A stretch of DNA of 64,000 bases from the human T2T-CHM13v2.0 reference genome, Homo sapiens: assembly GCF_009914755.1 (NCBI RefSeq), contig NC_060935.1; one strand, given 5' to 3'. Below, piece by piece: positions 43,901 to 58,717 of this stretch. Position 1 is the first letter of the stretch; every line of letters starts with the position of its first letter. The position numbers were made by a program, and so were the translations under genes. Below the pieces are notes generated by a model. It did not search any database and was not told the origin of the DNA. It saw only the letters and a program-made list of their open reading frames with translations.

Positions 43901-44517
43901 CATAGTTTAAAGTCATATAGTGTGATGTCTCTAGCTTTGTTCTTTTTGCTTAGGATTTCTCTAGCTATTCAGGATCTTTTTTGGTTCAAAATTATTTTTA
44001 GAATAGTTTTTCTAATTCTGTGAAGAAGAATGTCTTTGGTAGTTTGATAGGAATAGCATTAAATCTGTAAATTGCTTTGGGTAGTATGGCCATTTTAACA
44101 ATATTGATTCTTCTTATCCATGAGCATGGAATGTTTTTCCGTTGGTTTGTGTCATCTCTGCTTTCTTTCAGCAGTGTTTTAAAATTCTTATTGTAGAGAT
44201 CTTTCACCTCCCTGGTTAGCTGTATTCCTAGGTTCTTTATTCTTTTTGTGGCTATTGTGAATCGGATTGCATTCTTGATTTGGCTCTCAGCTTGGATGTT
44301 ATTGGTGTATAGAAATACTACTGATTTTAGTATATTGGTCTTTTATCCTGAAACTTTGCCTAAGTTATTTATCTGATCTAAGAGACTTGGGCAGAGATTA
44401 GGGGATTCTCTAGGTAAAGAACCATATCATTAGTAAAGAGAGACAGTCTGACTTCCCGTCTTTCTATTTGGATGCCTTTTATTTCTTCCCCTTGCCTAAT
44501 TGCTGTGGCTAGGACTT
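40930..44517 (-). mobile_element. Older primate L1 (L1PA13-16-like) 3' portion, host of a nested younger L1
   Basis: 3' end TTTCAACTTTTATTTTAGGTTCA..GGGTACATGTGCAGG; degenerate ORF2 fragments (43434-43682, 43998-44207). Confidence 0.9.
41205..42732 (-). mobile_element. Younger 5'-truncated L1 (L1PA3-5-like) nested in the older L1
   Basis: ORF2 C-terminal fragments (42023-42535, 41531-41815); (TTTA)n tail; 16-bp TSD TTTACCTTCCACTTAT at 41189-41204 and 42733-42748. Confidence 0.95.
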
Positions 44518-45822
44518 TTAGATCTCAAGTTTTGGTCAATCAATTCAGTGACTGGGACATTAACCCTGTGGTTAACCAACAGTGGGCTATCTATCCCCCT
44601 CATGGGAGGAGATCAGCAGGCTTTCACAAGGCCCTTGCCTCAGTCACAACCTCTGATCCTCTGGCTTTGATCCTGGGACTATCGAGAGGCAATGTGAATT
44701 TTCGCCTCTACAAGGTTCTGAAATAAGTCAGAAATGTATGTTAATTAAACCAATTTTAAGTACCTTCTACATCCAAAGCTAAGAAAATCTATTATTCTAT
44801 TTCCCTTCCTAAATTATCCGCTATACTCCCAATTGTGGCTTATCTGAAAATGATTTCCCAAGAGAAGAAACCCTCCAGTGGATATTCCACCCTTGGTTTA
44901 GGCTTGGTGTGACTTATTATTATGATGCACCAACAATTCTGAATAATGTCAACGATTGAAAACACTCTTCACCATGGAGAGGACACCTCTTACTGCTTTG
45001 CTCTTTATTTAGTTAGTCAGTGTTGTCAGAAGTTCTACAGTGAGATCAAGTGATATCATAAAATGCTCCAAAATGAAGTGCATGGAGACCCTGTAGTAAT
45101 AAAAGGCCTGGCAAGATAGAGATGTTCCACATTTGGGTATAAGCCTCCTCCCATCATCAAATTCCCAGAGAGGAATTAAGGCCTGAAGATTAAATCCCCT
45201 TGCAAGCTAAAGTTAAAAGACATGAAAGCTCCAGGGAATCGAATCCCCTCAGTAATTTAAATTCTCCTACTCCTGTGAGTTAAAAATCTAAAGACATGAA
45301 AGTGCCCTCCTCAGTTTCTTTTTCTGCTCAGTCTCATTGAGAGGGTGGGGTGGGCTCCTGTGGCACCTATAGCTTGGGATTCCTCTCCCTGGGAGGAGTA
45401 TGGGTCCTTCATGGACTCCAGAATTGTTCTGAAGCAACAATTTTGGTGTTTCATCTTAATATGCTGCACACATTTGTCAGTACTGGCCATATTCACCAAA
45501 TTAAAAAAAAATCAATTTTCAGGCTCTAGAGCAGTTATCCCAGGGACAGTTATTTCCCTAGAACCCAGTATTTTATGTTACCAAATACTCTAAGTTTCCT
45601 GAGTGAAAAGTAGAAAAAGAAAGCCTTCTTTGTTTTAATGTCTCTAAGACACAAGAAGGTCAATGTCAAGCTTCCAGAATCCTCTTAACAATGCATGCTG
45701 TGAGCCAAAGCTGAGTAGGGAGAAATCTCCAAGAGAAACTAATATGACCTTGCATATCTACCATACCTGAAAGGAATATTCACCTGTACATCCATTCTCA
45801 TTTCCAACAGAATATCATTTGA

Positions 45823-45960
45823 GGCCAGGTGCGGTAGCTTACACCTGTAATGCTAGCACTTTGGGAGGCCAAGAGGGTGGATCATGAAGTCAAGAGATCA
45901 AGACCATCATGGCCAACATGGTGAAACCTCGTCTCTACTAAAAAAACAAAAATAAGCTGG
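45823..45960 (+). mobile_element. Alu left monomer only (AluSc-like), truncated at the start of the right arm
   Basis: GGCCAGGTGCGGTAGC...CTACTAAAAAAACAAAAATAAGCTGG followed by non-Alu sequence. Confidence 0.9.
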
Positions 45961-45964
45961 ACAG

Positions 45965-46497
45965 GGGTCACACACGGGTCACACACGAGTCATTCACGGG
46001 TCAGCAATGATTCAGTCATGGGTCACACACTGGTCACACACGTCAGTCACATCCCCCCCCCCACATCAGCTATGTGTCAGAACATACCTGCCATGTGTCA
46101 GAAATGTGTCAGCCAAGTGTCAGTCATGTGTCACACACGTGTCAGCCACATGTCAGCCACGTGTCACACACATGTCATTTAAGTGTCACGTGCCACACGT
46201 GTTAGTCATGTGCCAGTCATGTGTCACCCATGTCAGACATGTGTCAGTCACGTGTCACACACATCAGTCACCTGTCACACAAGTGTCATACACCTGTCAG
46301 TCTGTGCCACATGTGTCAGTCACGTGTCACACATGTCATGTGCCAGTCACCTGTCATTCATGTGTCAGTCACATGCCACACACATGTCATTAACGTATAA
46401 CACGTGTCATACACCTGTCAGTCACGTGTCACACACGTGTCACAGACGTGTCAGTCATGTGTCACAGACGTGTCAGTCATGTGTCACGCACCTGTCA
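45965..46497 (+). repeat. Degenerate 11-bp-period minisatellite, consensus near GTCA(GT/CA)CACGT
   Basis: e.g. GTCACACACGT GTCAGCCACAT GTCAGCCACGT GTCACACACAT. Confidence 0.9.
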
Positions 46498-47674
46498 GGT
46501 TGTTTAGGTTAAAGAAAACTGCATCCTGGGGAAGGTTTCTTCCTTATAAGAAATTAACCAAATGGGGTACCACTGAATGAGGATGATCTTGAGTACATAT
46601 ACAAGACTTACTAGTTCAACCTAAGACCTTGTTGCAGTTTTCCCCTTGGGAATGTAGAATGGAAGTTGAAACAGCCAATCTAGTACATCTTATGTTGGCT
46701 GGACACGAATAATATAAAGCTAGTATGGATATATGAAGCTAATGTGACATAAATGATGATAAATGATATAAAGCTAGCATGGATATATGTGAATCTCCCT
46801 AGTGCTCTGTAGTGCACATGAGTTTACCTTCCTTTAAGCTTAAAAAAACAAATGTTGTGCTATAACTAATGTCTCAAAGGCTTATAGGAAGAAACACTTG
46901 TGTTTCGCTACAACTGGACCCTTGCCTCGGGGGTTCTTATTGACTCAGGCTTCCTAACATATTCCAAGGCATCTGCAGAGGTCCTGCTGCCCAGACAGGT
47001 ATGTTACATGTAGTTAAAGTTTGAACTGCTTTTGCCTATACTGTGAAGCTGCCTGTGCCTACTATGGGCCTGTAAGTTTGCTGAGGACAAAGCAATCAGT
47101 TTGCTTGCCAGCCTCTGGGTGAACTTCCTCCAGTTGCGGTTTTCTTGCCCCCACTAAATATTCTTCCTGGAGATTTTGCTGAGACCTGAGGGCTCCAGTG
47201 TCTTTGCTGAGGCCCAGTGGCTTTCAACTGACATTTCTTTGAAACCTCCCCATGGGTCAGGTTCTGCCTCTGGACTTGGCCTCCTTAAACTATAATCATC
47301 CACAAAAGTCACAATACTCTGCAGCCTAGACTTAAAAGTCTTTTGTTCAGGTTGTAGCAGTTAAAAGCCAACTACCCAGCTACAGAAACCTCTGTGCAGG
47401 GAGCAAGCTCCCAAAAGAAAGGAACTTCTCCTTCCAAATTCACCAATTAGTGAGAAAATGGGCAGATCAGAAGTATTAAAGGTATAGGAACTCCTCCCCG
47501 TAGAAGGAAATAGCAGGGTGGTGAAGAAGTGACTCATTTAGCAGATGCTGCTGCTACCAAAGAAGTAATTTAAAAATCTGAATAATGTCTAGAATCTCAT
47601 AAGAAGCATTTGACAAACACAGACTTCTGAGCCTGATAATAGAGAAGGAAAATCCTAAATTCTACTGTAGCTTC

Positions 47675-48167
47675 ATATTCCTTTCCAGTGGCTGCTGTTA
47701 ACAACCTCTCACAAGCCTGGTTAAAATAACTGAAATTTATTCTCTTACAATTCTGAAGACCATAAATATGACATCAGTTTCACTGAGCTAAAATCAAGGT
47801 TTCAGCAGGAACAAACATACTCCCTCTAGAAGCTCTAGGGGATAATCATTTATTGCCTCTTCTACGTTTTGGTGGCTGCTGGCATTCCTTGGCTTGTGGC
47901 CACATCATTGTAATCTCTGCCTTGGTGTACACATTGACTTTTCTTCTTCTGTGTGTGTCAAACATTTCTCTGCTTCTCTCTTACGTGGACTCCTATGATT
48001 GGATTTTATGCCCATGTTTGTAATCCAGGATTATCTCTTCATCTCAAGATCCTTAATTCAATTGCATCTACAAAGACTCTGTATTCAAATACAGTAAGTA
48101 ACATATACAGGTTCCAAGGATTAGGATGTGGACATATCTTTGAAGAATCATTTTTCAGCCTGCCACA
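47675..48167 (-). mobile_element. MLT1C/D-like MaLR LTR
   Basis: GAAATTTATTCTCTTACAATTCTG...GGATTAGGATGTGGACATATCTTT...CAGCCTGCCACA. Confidence 0.8.
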
Positions 48168-48227
48168 AGTTTCATGGGGATTTGGAGAAATAAGGACAGC
48201 CGCATCTCCCAATATTTTCTTGTATTG

Positions 48228-48272
48228 TAGGTTGGTGCAAAAGTAATTGCGAGTTTTGCCATTGAAAATAAT
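48228..48272. mobile_element. MADE1 (Hsmar1 MITE) half element
   Basis: TAGGTTGGTGCAAAAGTAATTGCG.GTTTTGCCATTGAAA. Confidence 0.8.
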
Positions 48273-48624
48273 AAATATCCTAGACAGTTGAACTGCCTTC
48301 TTTTCTTTCCTTTATCCCCCATCTCCCACTACCTTATGTTTGTTCATTCTGGTTAAATTCACAAATTAATCCAAGATTATGTGATATTGAATAGAAGGTT
48401 ATCAGTATAGAACCGGAGAAGCATGAACATTACTCAGAGATCCTGGTCTTGGAATGGAAACAATAAATAACAGTGAGACTTTGAGTTTACTGCTTTTTAA
48501 ATATTAGGGCAAAGGATAAGCATGTTTTTTAGTTGGACAAGGTATTTTTCATTGCATTATGCTATGTAGAAGCATTTTTTTAGAAGTGTAGAAGAAGGGT
48601 GAACATTGGTGTAGGATGGATTAA

Positions 48625-49169
48625 GCGTGGACCTCAGTGGACATTTTTATCCTTTGTGATTGCCCAGGCTCTGAATCCTTATCATACATTTGGGGGATTC
48701 CCTACCTTTTGAGGCAGAGCCAGTTTCCAATATTAAAACCAAAAATGTCAAACATTTGCTTGTAACTAGGGCATGGTCAGTTTCTCCAGAATTTGAATTA
48801 GCATTTAGTGACAGGAAGACTCAGGTATCACACAGATCCATTCTGGTGAGTCTGGAAGTTGTGATTTCAGCTACTTCCAGCCTCCAGTGGTAGACTGGAA
48901 GAAATTCTAGTGACACCACACAGCACCCAGTGTTGGTGGCATTGCAGTGCAAGCTATGCCCATTGAGGGCTACAGTAATGCTTTTATGGATTAAGTTCTG
49001 AGAAGTATTGAGGGTGCTCTGGTTTCTTGGCTGTTGTAGCCTCCACGTCTGTTCTTTCATGTTGCAAATATTCTATAAGCTACTCAAAATGTTTTATGTA
49101 CATTCCCTTTCTGCTTTATGAGCCAGAGTTTCCTTCTAATCATTGCACCTAAGTACCCTGACTAATACA
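48625..49169 (+). mobile_element. Old ERVL LTR (LTR33-like)
   Basis: 3' end TTGCACCTAAGTACCCTGACTAATACA; family assignment uncertain. Confidence 0.45.
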
Positions 49170-49189
49170 AATGAATTGGTTAATTTTAT

Positions 49190-50560
<1,371 letters not shown>

Positions 50561-51977
50561 ATTTGATTTAATTATTAAGGAAAATTGTAAATTGATTTGC
50601 ATCACATGCACTGTTAACTTGAAGCCAACTGTAAAATGAAGCCAACTGTATGTATTGGTCATAAAGAGTGAAAACTATATTTATTTGTCCCATTGTACAA
50701 GCCTATTCCAGCTTCAATTCCTTCCGTCCTCCCTCTTTTCCTTTCCATTAAAACAGAAGCTTCCCTTGCCCTAGGTAAAGGGAGGTATCAATTGAAAGAC
50801 AAAGAGTGATTAAAGTCATGTATTATTTGCTTTGGAGCTTCCAAGTCTGCAGGTCTTGATAATTTAGAGATTATTAATAAATAATTTTACCTGACTTGAG
50901 TATCACATTACTCATCAATTTTGCAACCTAATCCCAAATTATATTGTGAATTATTGAAACAAAAGATAATACATCTTTATCCTTATAATAATAGTTATAT
51001 ATTATTGAACGCTTGCCCCATGCTAGATCTGTTCTAGGTATTTTATGTATTTCATCTAATTTATTCCTCATAGAAACCCTATCAAGTAGGGCTATCATTA
51101 ATCTCATATTTAGTGGAAACTGATACTCCATATTGTCCTTGGATTGTGGCTGGAAATATTCTCTGTTCTCTTTTGCTGATATCCAGTAACTTGAGATCAT
51201 GCACTTAGATATACTTGAAAAGAGCGTATACACCCTACAAGTCTTATGATTGCCATTTTCTGTTCATGAAACCTTTTTCTGCAACATTCAGTGGTGCAGC
51301 TGCAGATCAGGGAGCCGGGGTGTAGGCAGAACGTCTTTCTGTAAGTTCCCGCTGGGCTCAAGCTCTAACTCATTTCGATTATGCTACAATAACTGGCATT
51401 AATGCTGTATTTCTTTGTCCCTTCTGAACCCATGGCTGCAGGATATTTTTTACAATGTGGCATTCGAGACAGCAGCTCCTCATCAAATGGAGTTGTCTCA
51501 ATCTGTTTGCCTTCCTTGATGTATGAGGCCCTTATTAAATGTAATCCTTAGTTCTAAACAATAGTATTCTGGTGAGGTTTGGCTTTCTCCCACTCCCAGA
51601 TAACTATACAGATTACAAAGTGCTTTCACATGTATTGTTTTATTTTATCAGTGTAGCAATTCTCTGGGCTACATTTATGCAGTATTTATTACATGCCAGG
51701 CCGTCTAAATTATGTAACCCCCCAATCATTCAAGGTGGACGTTGTTATACCCATTCTATTGATGGGAAAACAGGCTCAGAGAAGTGAAATGGCTTGCGAA
51801 GACAACCAGATGGTAAAGGACAGAACTTGGACTAAAACTTGGACTTCTAAAGCAAGTTCTCAGTTTCTTTCAAACACTGTAGATGCCCTTAGGTTTCCAA
51901 CCATTGAAGTAAATTCCACTCCTTTAGCCAGTTGCCTGGTGGAATATTGTTGTTCAGCAGGAGTTTCACCCATCTTC

Positions 51978-51991
51978 GTGTGTGTGTGTGC

Positions 51992-52022
<31 letters not shown>
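51978..52022 (+). repeat. Interrupted (TG)n microsatellite
   Basis: GTGTGT... with CG and TT interruptions. Confidence 0.95.
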
Positions 52023-52680
52023 CAACATCTACTTCTTTTAGGACCTTGAAATGGACCTATTCAGCTGGCCAACCACGAAATCTAATGCCTTATAAGCACA
52101 ATTATTTGTCTTATGAGACCTAAGCTTTCTACCTCTTGGAAAGACCTGTATATATATGTCATTGGAAAATAAATTCCCAACACTGCTGTTTCTTAACCTG
52201 TGTAATGATTCTGCTGACAGCTGCTGAGTGAGTATAACTAAAGGGTATATAGATACCAAACCTTACATTAACAAAGAATCAAGGTGAATACATGTGCAGA
52301 CAACCTTTCTTAAATTTCTTGGACCCCATCTTTGCCTAGTATATCTGAAGCATTTGGATCCTTACTTGAAAGGTGTGTTTTAAAATGAAAACATGGTTAT
52401 TATGTTTAATTTTCTGTCTCTCTCACCTCTAGGTTTTCTAGTCAAAGTAGATTTCAGGCACTTCTTCTGTTAAGATTGTAATTCTCCATTCTTTTTTTCT
52501 TTCATATATTTTTTTCTGCAAGTAGAACCTATCACACTATCTTATAGCTGTTTTTTTCTTTAAAATAAAAATTTATAAGACAGGCACATAAATATTAGAA
52601 GCAGTTATCTTGGGGTAGGAGTGCAGGGATTATGCATAGGTATTGTTCTTTTCTCTCTGTACTTTTTTTGTGTTTTGTAA

Positions 52681-53041
<361 letters not shown>

Positions 53042-53049
53042 ACATTATT

Positions 53050-53356
53050 TTTTTTTCTTTCTTTTTTGACAAGGTTTTTTTCTGTCTCTCAGGCTGGAGT
53101 GCAATGGTGTTCCAACCTCACTGCAGCCTCAATCTCCCAGGCTAAATCTATCCTCCCACCTCAGCCTCCCTAGTAGCTGGGAGTACGGGAATGTGCTACC
53201 ACACCTGGCTAAGTTTTTGGAAAAAAAATTATCTTTAGCAGAAACAAGGTCTTGATATGTTGCCCTGCCTGGTCCCCAACTCCTGGGCTCAATCGAATCT
53301 CCTGCCTTGGCCTCCCAAAGCGCTGGGATGACAGGTGTGAGCCACAGTGCCTGGCC
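53050..53356 (-). mobile_element. AluJ-type element in tandem with the AluY
   Basis: Diverged reverse dimer; CTCCTGGGCTCAA. Confidence 0.88.
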
Positions 53357-54061
53357 TGAGGCATGCTTTTTAAAATGGTGATGAATATCTCCACAAAACA
53401 CAGACATGTGAGGAAATAACAAAAATCAGATAAATTTTAAGGAAAAGCAAGGTATGCTCAGAGATATTTATCTTTTCAAATCTGATTTGAACTATACCTG
53501 TAACTACTCTGCCAATAAGATTTATTTTCTTCGAGTAGTTTGGAGGAAATTTTTGAGAAGCATTGGGTGAACGGGAAGTGCTCAAGAGATAACCTGATAG
53601 GAATGTTCTAAAGAGGATTTCTGTACTGAGAAGAGAGGGAATGATGAGCTCTGAGCTCCTTTTCAGGTCTAAGTTTTTCTAAAGGCCTTTATGGAAGGCA
53701 GGCTTTTATAAAAAAGTGGGGAGGAATCTTAGATTTCTAGTTTGGAGGTGGTTCTACTTCAAGAGAGGTTGTTTGTGTTAACTAGTATTTATTTATATAG
53801 CACTTTCTCTTCTTCTGTACAAGATCAGATCATAAATTGAATGATGCTTTTCAAGGGCAAAATACCCCTTCTCCAATTGCTACAGGAAATTCACCATGTT
53901 TCCCCACTTGTCCAAGACATAGATCAGCTCTCTAGTTGATGATTATGGAGTTCACACTTTATAGCTAAATTTCATATTTTTAGCTCAATTTTTGTTTGTT
54001 TGTTTTCTGGTCATGACCCATATACTTATATTCCCAGAGCACAGAAAAGCAAAAGTGCTTG

Positions 54062-54621
54062 TGTCAGTGGATTCCCCTGGTCTGCTACTGGTTCTACGAT
54101 CCCCTGGAGGGACTCATAGGACTCAATGTATAGAATGTATAGTCCTATTCACAGCAAGTATTTATTGCAGTGAAAGGATTCAGATAAAAATTGGCAAAGG
54201 GAACAGGTGCATGTCCAGGGTAAGTTAGGTGCAAATTTCCAGGGGTCCTTTCTTAATGTAGTCACAGAGGACACTCTTAAATTTCTCAGTAATGAGTTGT
54301 GACAACAAGTGTGAAATGTTGTCCGTCAGGAAAGCCCGTTAGAGACTCAGTGCCCAGGTTTTTCATTGGGGTCTGGGGGCATGCCCTCTCTACCTGCCTC
54401 TGCCTGCCATGTACCCAAATTCCAGACTCCCAGAAGGAAAGCAGGTGTTCATTGTAAACCATATTTGCACAGTTTAGGTACAGTGAGCCATTCTTGCCAG
54501 TGAATGGTAGGAATCTTCTGAAATCTAAGTTTCCAGATGTCAGCCTAAAGGCCAACCTTGTAAGCAGGGCTTTCTAAGGATAGCAGTTTTCAAGTCTGCT
54601 ATGTTAACTCTTTTCTGAACT
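54062..54621 (-). mobile_element. MER68/MER21-family ERVL solo LTR
   Basis: Minus strand starts ..CAGAAAAGAGTTAACATAGCAG...CTGCTATCCTTAGAAAG; about 560 bp. Confidence 0.75.
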
Positions 54622-56025
54622 GTGATCTTTCAGACGTTTTCTGAAAAAGGGATCTAGTCTTGCCAGAAGAGGAAGGGCCTCTGACTCTTCTTTTGTAGAT
54701 TTTGGAGAGATCCTAAGCACTGAACAAACCTCCCTTCCTTTTAACAACAGAAAGAATAGGAAGAATTATACAGGGACAATCAGTAGGAGATTTTTTTTTT
54801 TAATCCTTCAAATGAGACCAAATAAGTAGAGGCTTGTCTGCATGGGCATAACAACTTGGTCCAAGTAAATAACCATAAAAGAGATCCTTTACCACAACCC
54901 AGTGTCTGCCTTAAGTATGTGTTGGAGCAAGAAAATATATATATACAAGAGCCCCAGTAAGCACTTAGAGGCATCCTGCTGGCTGACTGACAGGGGCTAA
55001 ATGCTAACTTCAGGTTTAATACACAGTCATCACATTAAACAATATTTACTTGCCAGGATCCTATTGTGTCTGGCTGTTACAGCTCCTTGATGTTTTTCTA
55101 CTCTCCTTGCCTGGATGTCCTATCCAGCACATTGTCTGTCAGCCCTTTTAATTGCCTTTTTGATGACCCTAAGTTCCCTGTGTGTCTCCTAAGGTGCCAT
55201 CACTGCAGAATCAGGAGAGTTGCCAGTCTCCTTCCTTGCTTACTTACTGTGTCTCTTGGTAAAATATGGCTCTCCTGGTTATCTGGTAAAGTAATGGCGG
55301 TGGGAGGAAGAAGAGTTAATGGGGCATCATCTCTGAAAAGTTGAGTAGATGGGACTAGACAAAGAATGGCAAATATGTGGCCAGTCCCCTCACTCCAGGC
55401 TCCTGGGCCTACGGTGCACAGAGAGCATGGCGTTATTTCTTGTTGTGTCCAACACAGTAATTATTCTGGGCAGCCATTTTCAATTCGTCAAAATTGACAT
55501 AAAAATTGAAGGCTACTTATTCCTGGCTTAGATTGCTTTTAAAGTCCTTTTAATTTATAAGTTAAGTGATTACTTTATTCTTGTGAAGTGCATATAAGTA
55601 AAAACAGGCTAAGTAACATGGCTTAGTGCCATGTACTGTGGAATATATAATATTTTTACTAATTACTGTGGAATATCTGATATTTTTAGGTGAAATGTGG
55701 ACAAACATTTAACTATTGTAAACTTATTATGTGAATGAGGAGAATTAGTGAACACATCAAACTTATTTGTGAAAATGAAATGAAGTTTAGATTTATTAAT
55801 ATATTATATTTATTTAAAGGAAAATGAGCCAAATTAAAGGTTATTTGGTAAATAATAGTACAGGTATGGCAAAAATCACATAAGTAGATTCAAATCCTTG
55901 CTTCGAAATGTCCTGACCATGTGAATTTGAGACAGATACTTAATCTCTATGGACTTCAGCCCTTTCACTGGTTGAAGGAAGAAAGTACTGCCCGCTTCCA
56001 GTGTTGCTGTAAGTATGAGAAGTAA

Positions 56026-56826
56026 TGATATAGAAGCGGGGAAGGGAAGTGCTGGGAAGGGAAGGGCATGGTCCCTGGCGAGGGCTCCACCCTTGGCCTG
56101 TGCCCAATGACCTAGGTGAGGACAGATACTCCAGCCTTCCCGCCCAAATGTTGCATTTCCCAAGACCACCCTGGCCTGCCATGTCCCCATCATGTGCCTA
56201 TAAAAACCCTGAGGCCCTAGCAGGCAGACACACAAGCTGCTGGAAGTTAAGAGAAACACATCGGTGGAAGAAGACACAAGTGGCTGGACATCGAGAGGAC
56301 ATGGAGGGGACCATGCTGGAGGAAGAGCACACGACAGATGCTGGCAGGCCAGCAGGCCATCAACAGGTGGAACAAGGCGGCAGTTGGAGAAAAGCCCAAG
56401 CCGCCGAGCGGCCCAACTCCACAGGAAAACCATCTCTCTTCTGGCTTCCCCATGTGCTGAGAGATATGTCCACTCAATAAAACCTTGCACTCATTCTCCA
56501 AGCCCATGCGTGATCTGATTCTTCTGGTACACCAAGGCAAGAACCTGGGATACAGAAAACCCTCTGTCCTTGTGATAAGGCAGGGGTCTAATTGAGCTAA
56601 CAGAAGCCGCCTACAAACAGCTAAACTAAAAGAACACCCTGTAACACATGCCCACTAGGGTTTCAGCTGTAAACATTCACCCCTAGACACTGTCGTGGGG
56701 TTGAAGCCCCACAGCCTGCCCGTCTGCATGCTCCCCCTAGAGGCTTGAGCAGTGAGGCACTGAAGAGGCGAGCCACTCCTCCATTGCATGCCCCATGAGG
56801 GGGGCAAGGGAAGTTTTCCCGTTTCA
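56026..56826 (+). mobile_element. LTR1-like (ERV1) solo LTR
   Basis: TG...CA termini; 4-bp TSD GTAA; TATAAAA at 56199; AATAAA at 56476. Confidence 0.88.
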
Positions 56827-56889
56827 GTAATATATGTCAAGTTTCTAGCATTGTGACTGACATATAGCAGACACTCAATAATAATCAGA

Positions 56890-57115
56890 ATTAACTAAAT
56901 GCTTACTATGTGACAAGGTTGTTCCAGAGCTTTATCTGTATCATTCTAATCCTCCAAAAACCTTTATGAGATAGGTACTATTATTGCTACCTTTTTTGCC
57001 AGGGAAGAAACTAAGGCACGGAGAGGTTAAGGTGGTATAATTTCCCAAGTCACAAGTTAGTAAGTGGTAGAAGGGAGATTGAACCAGGTGGTCTGGCTCT
57101 AGAACCTCCAGTTAA
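56890..57115 (-). mobile_element. MIR
   Basis: ATGAGATAGGTACTATTATT...GAAGAAACTAAGGCACGGAGAGGTTAAG. Confidence 0.75.
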
Positions 57116-58717
57116 CTATATTCTAACATCTACCATTTTAAGTACAATCTGCCATCATGTACTGAACGTTACCATTTAGGGGCCTTCTCCAGGACCCTTT
57201 AGGTGGTCCCAGACACATGCTAACAGGGGCACCGAGGGACACTCAGCCTGGCTGGGAGTGGATGGGATGTATGGGGGACTAATGAAGGGACAAGCTGGTT
57301 ACTGTTAATGATAGAGCAAGAGGCTCGGATTGTTTTTGATGCATAATGAGAACCAAGTATAGGTATTGATACGCTGATGAAAGTCAGGGATTTTTTAAGG
57401 TACTGGACATAAAAAGTGACATGATCAAGGCCCGCTAGTCTAGAGGTGAAGCAGCTGGCTAACTGCAGTAAAGAGGAACAGATGGTATGAGATGAGTCTA
57501 CATGAAGCACAGCAGAGACACAAGGGGGAGAGGGTCAATTCTGCTCTGAGAGGAAGGGGCAGGGAAGGCTGCATAAGGAGATGATGTAAGCTGGTTTTAC
57601 AAGGTCCTTGGGAGGTTTTGAGCAGAATGTCATGGCCAGAAACATGCATTTCATTAAATAGCCTATTTCCCGTCCACCAACTTAGGAAAAGGAGGGCCTG
57701 ACTCCGGGTGGCGGCAGTGAGAATGGGGAAGAGGAATACAGAGGCCGACTTGAGGTGAGATTATCAGGAGATGATGATTATATATGGGGCCCAAGGGGAG
57801 TACTGATCTGAAGTCCAGGGATTGGGGTGCCTCTCTCAGGGACAGTTTATAGAAAGAGAGACTGCATTTACTTCCATCCGAAGCACCTATGAGACCTGAA
57901 GGTGTAGATAAAAGACTACAGGAAAGAGATGATGGGTTTTGGGAACAGCTTTCTCTCCAGAAGGACTCTATTAAAAGGCATGTTATTGATAAGGAAAGAA
58001 AGGGGTCACTCTTGACTTTTACCCATCATCTCAGGTTAGTTTATTGTCACTGAAGGCCCCAAGAACGTAGGAGATGAGATGTGATTTCCAGAGGTGACGG
58101 GTGGGAAGCCACCTGAAGCTTCAGCCCTGCATTAGCAGGACATTGACCATCTCTGGTTCACTTGCATCTTGATTTGCTTTCTTGAGAAGAGGGAGGGTGT
58201 CTTTCCAGCTACTGGACGAGCAACTTTTGAGAGTCCTGGGTATTCATTTAAATTTCATTCAGCCAATGTTTACTGAGCACTTACTACATAGGAAGCATTA
58301 TTCTTGAGGTTGAGTGTGCTGTATGAAACTAAAACAGCCCCCACTCTCCTGAGACTAACATTATGGAGGCAGGGAGCTAGTATGTAAACACATAAAGGAG
58401 TGGGCTGCACAAATGTCTGGAGGGAGAGGGTCTGGGAATATGGGGCAGTGAGAGCAAAGACTCTGCGGCAGGAACAAACTAGGTCAGATGAATGAGTTAC
58501 TTTGTGGAAAAAGTCTTGAGTTGCTCTTCTAGACAATCACTCCTTCTCCCACTCCCTTGAATTTCGGGAAGTGGTCCCTGTATTTCTTAGTTACTAAGTG
58601 AACAAATTATCTTTGAGAGACCAGGGTATGGTTCTGGACTGCTTTGTAATTTAAAAGTTAGCCTTGGTGGTGGCCTCCGGGATTTTATGGTCTTTGAGCT
58701 CAAATACCCTGGGAGGC

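Noticed and set aside
41531-44207. L1 ORF2 fragments as an active element
   Set aside because: 5'-truncated and broken by stops and frameshifts.
45965-46497. CRISPR-like repeat-spacer array
   Set aside because: There is no constant repeat with unique spacers, the context is primate DNA, and the structure is a degenerate tandem repeat.
46007-46512. Cys/His-rich ORFs resembling metal-binding or heme-binding proteins
   Set aside because: These are translations of the 11-bp repeat, with no splice or promoter support.
55876-56540. 204-aa and 143-aa ORFs
   Set aside because: They lie within a GC-rich solo LTR and show no gag/pol/env similarity.
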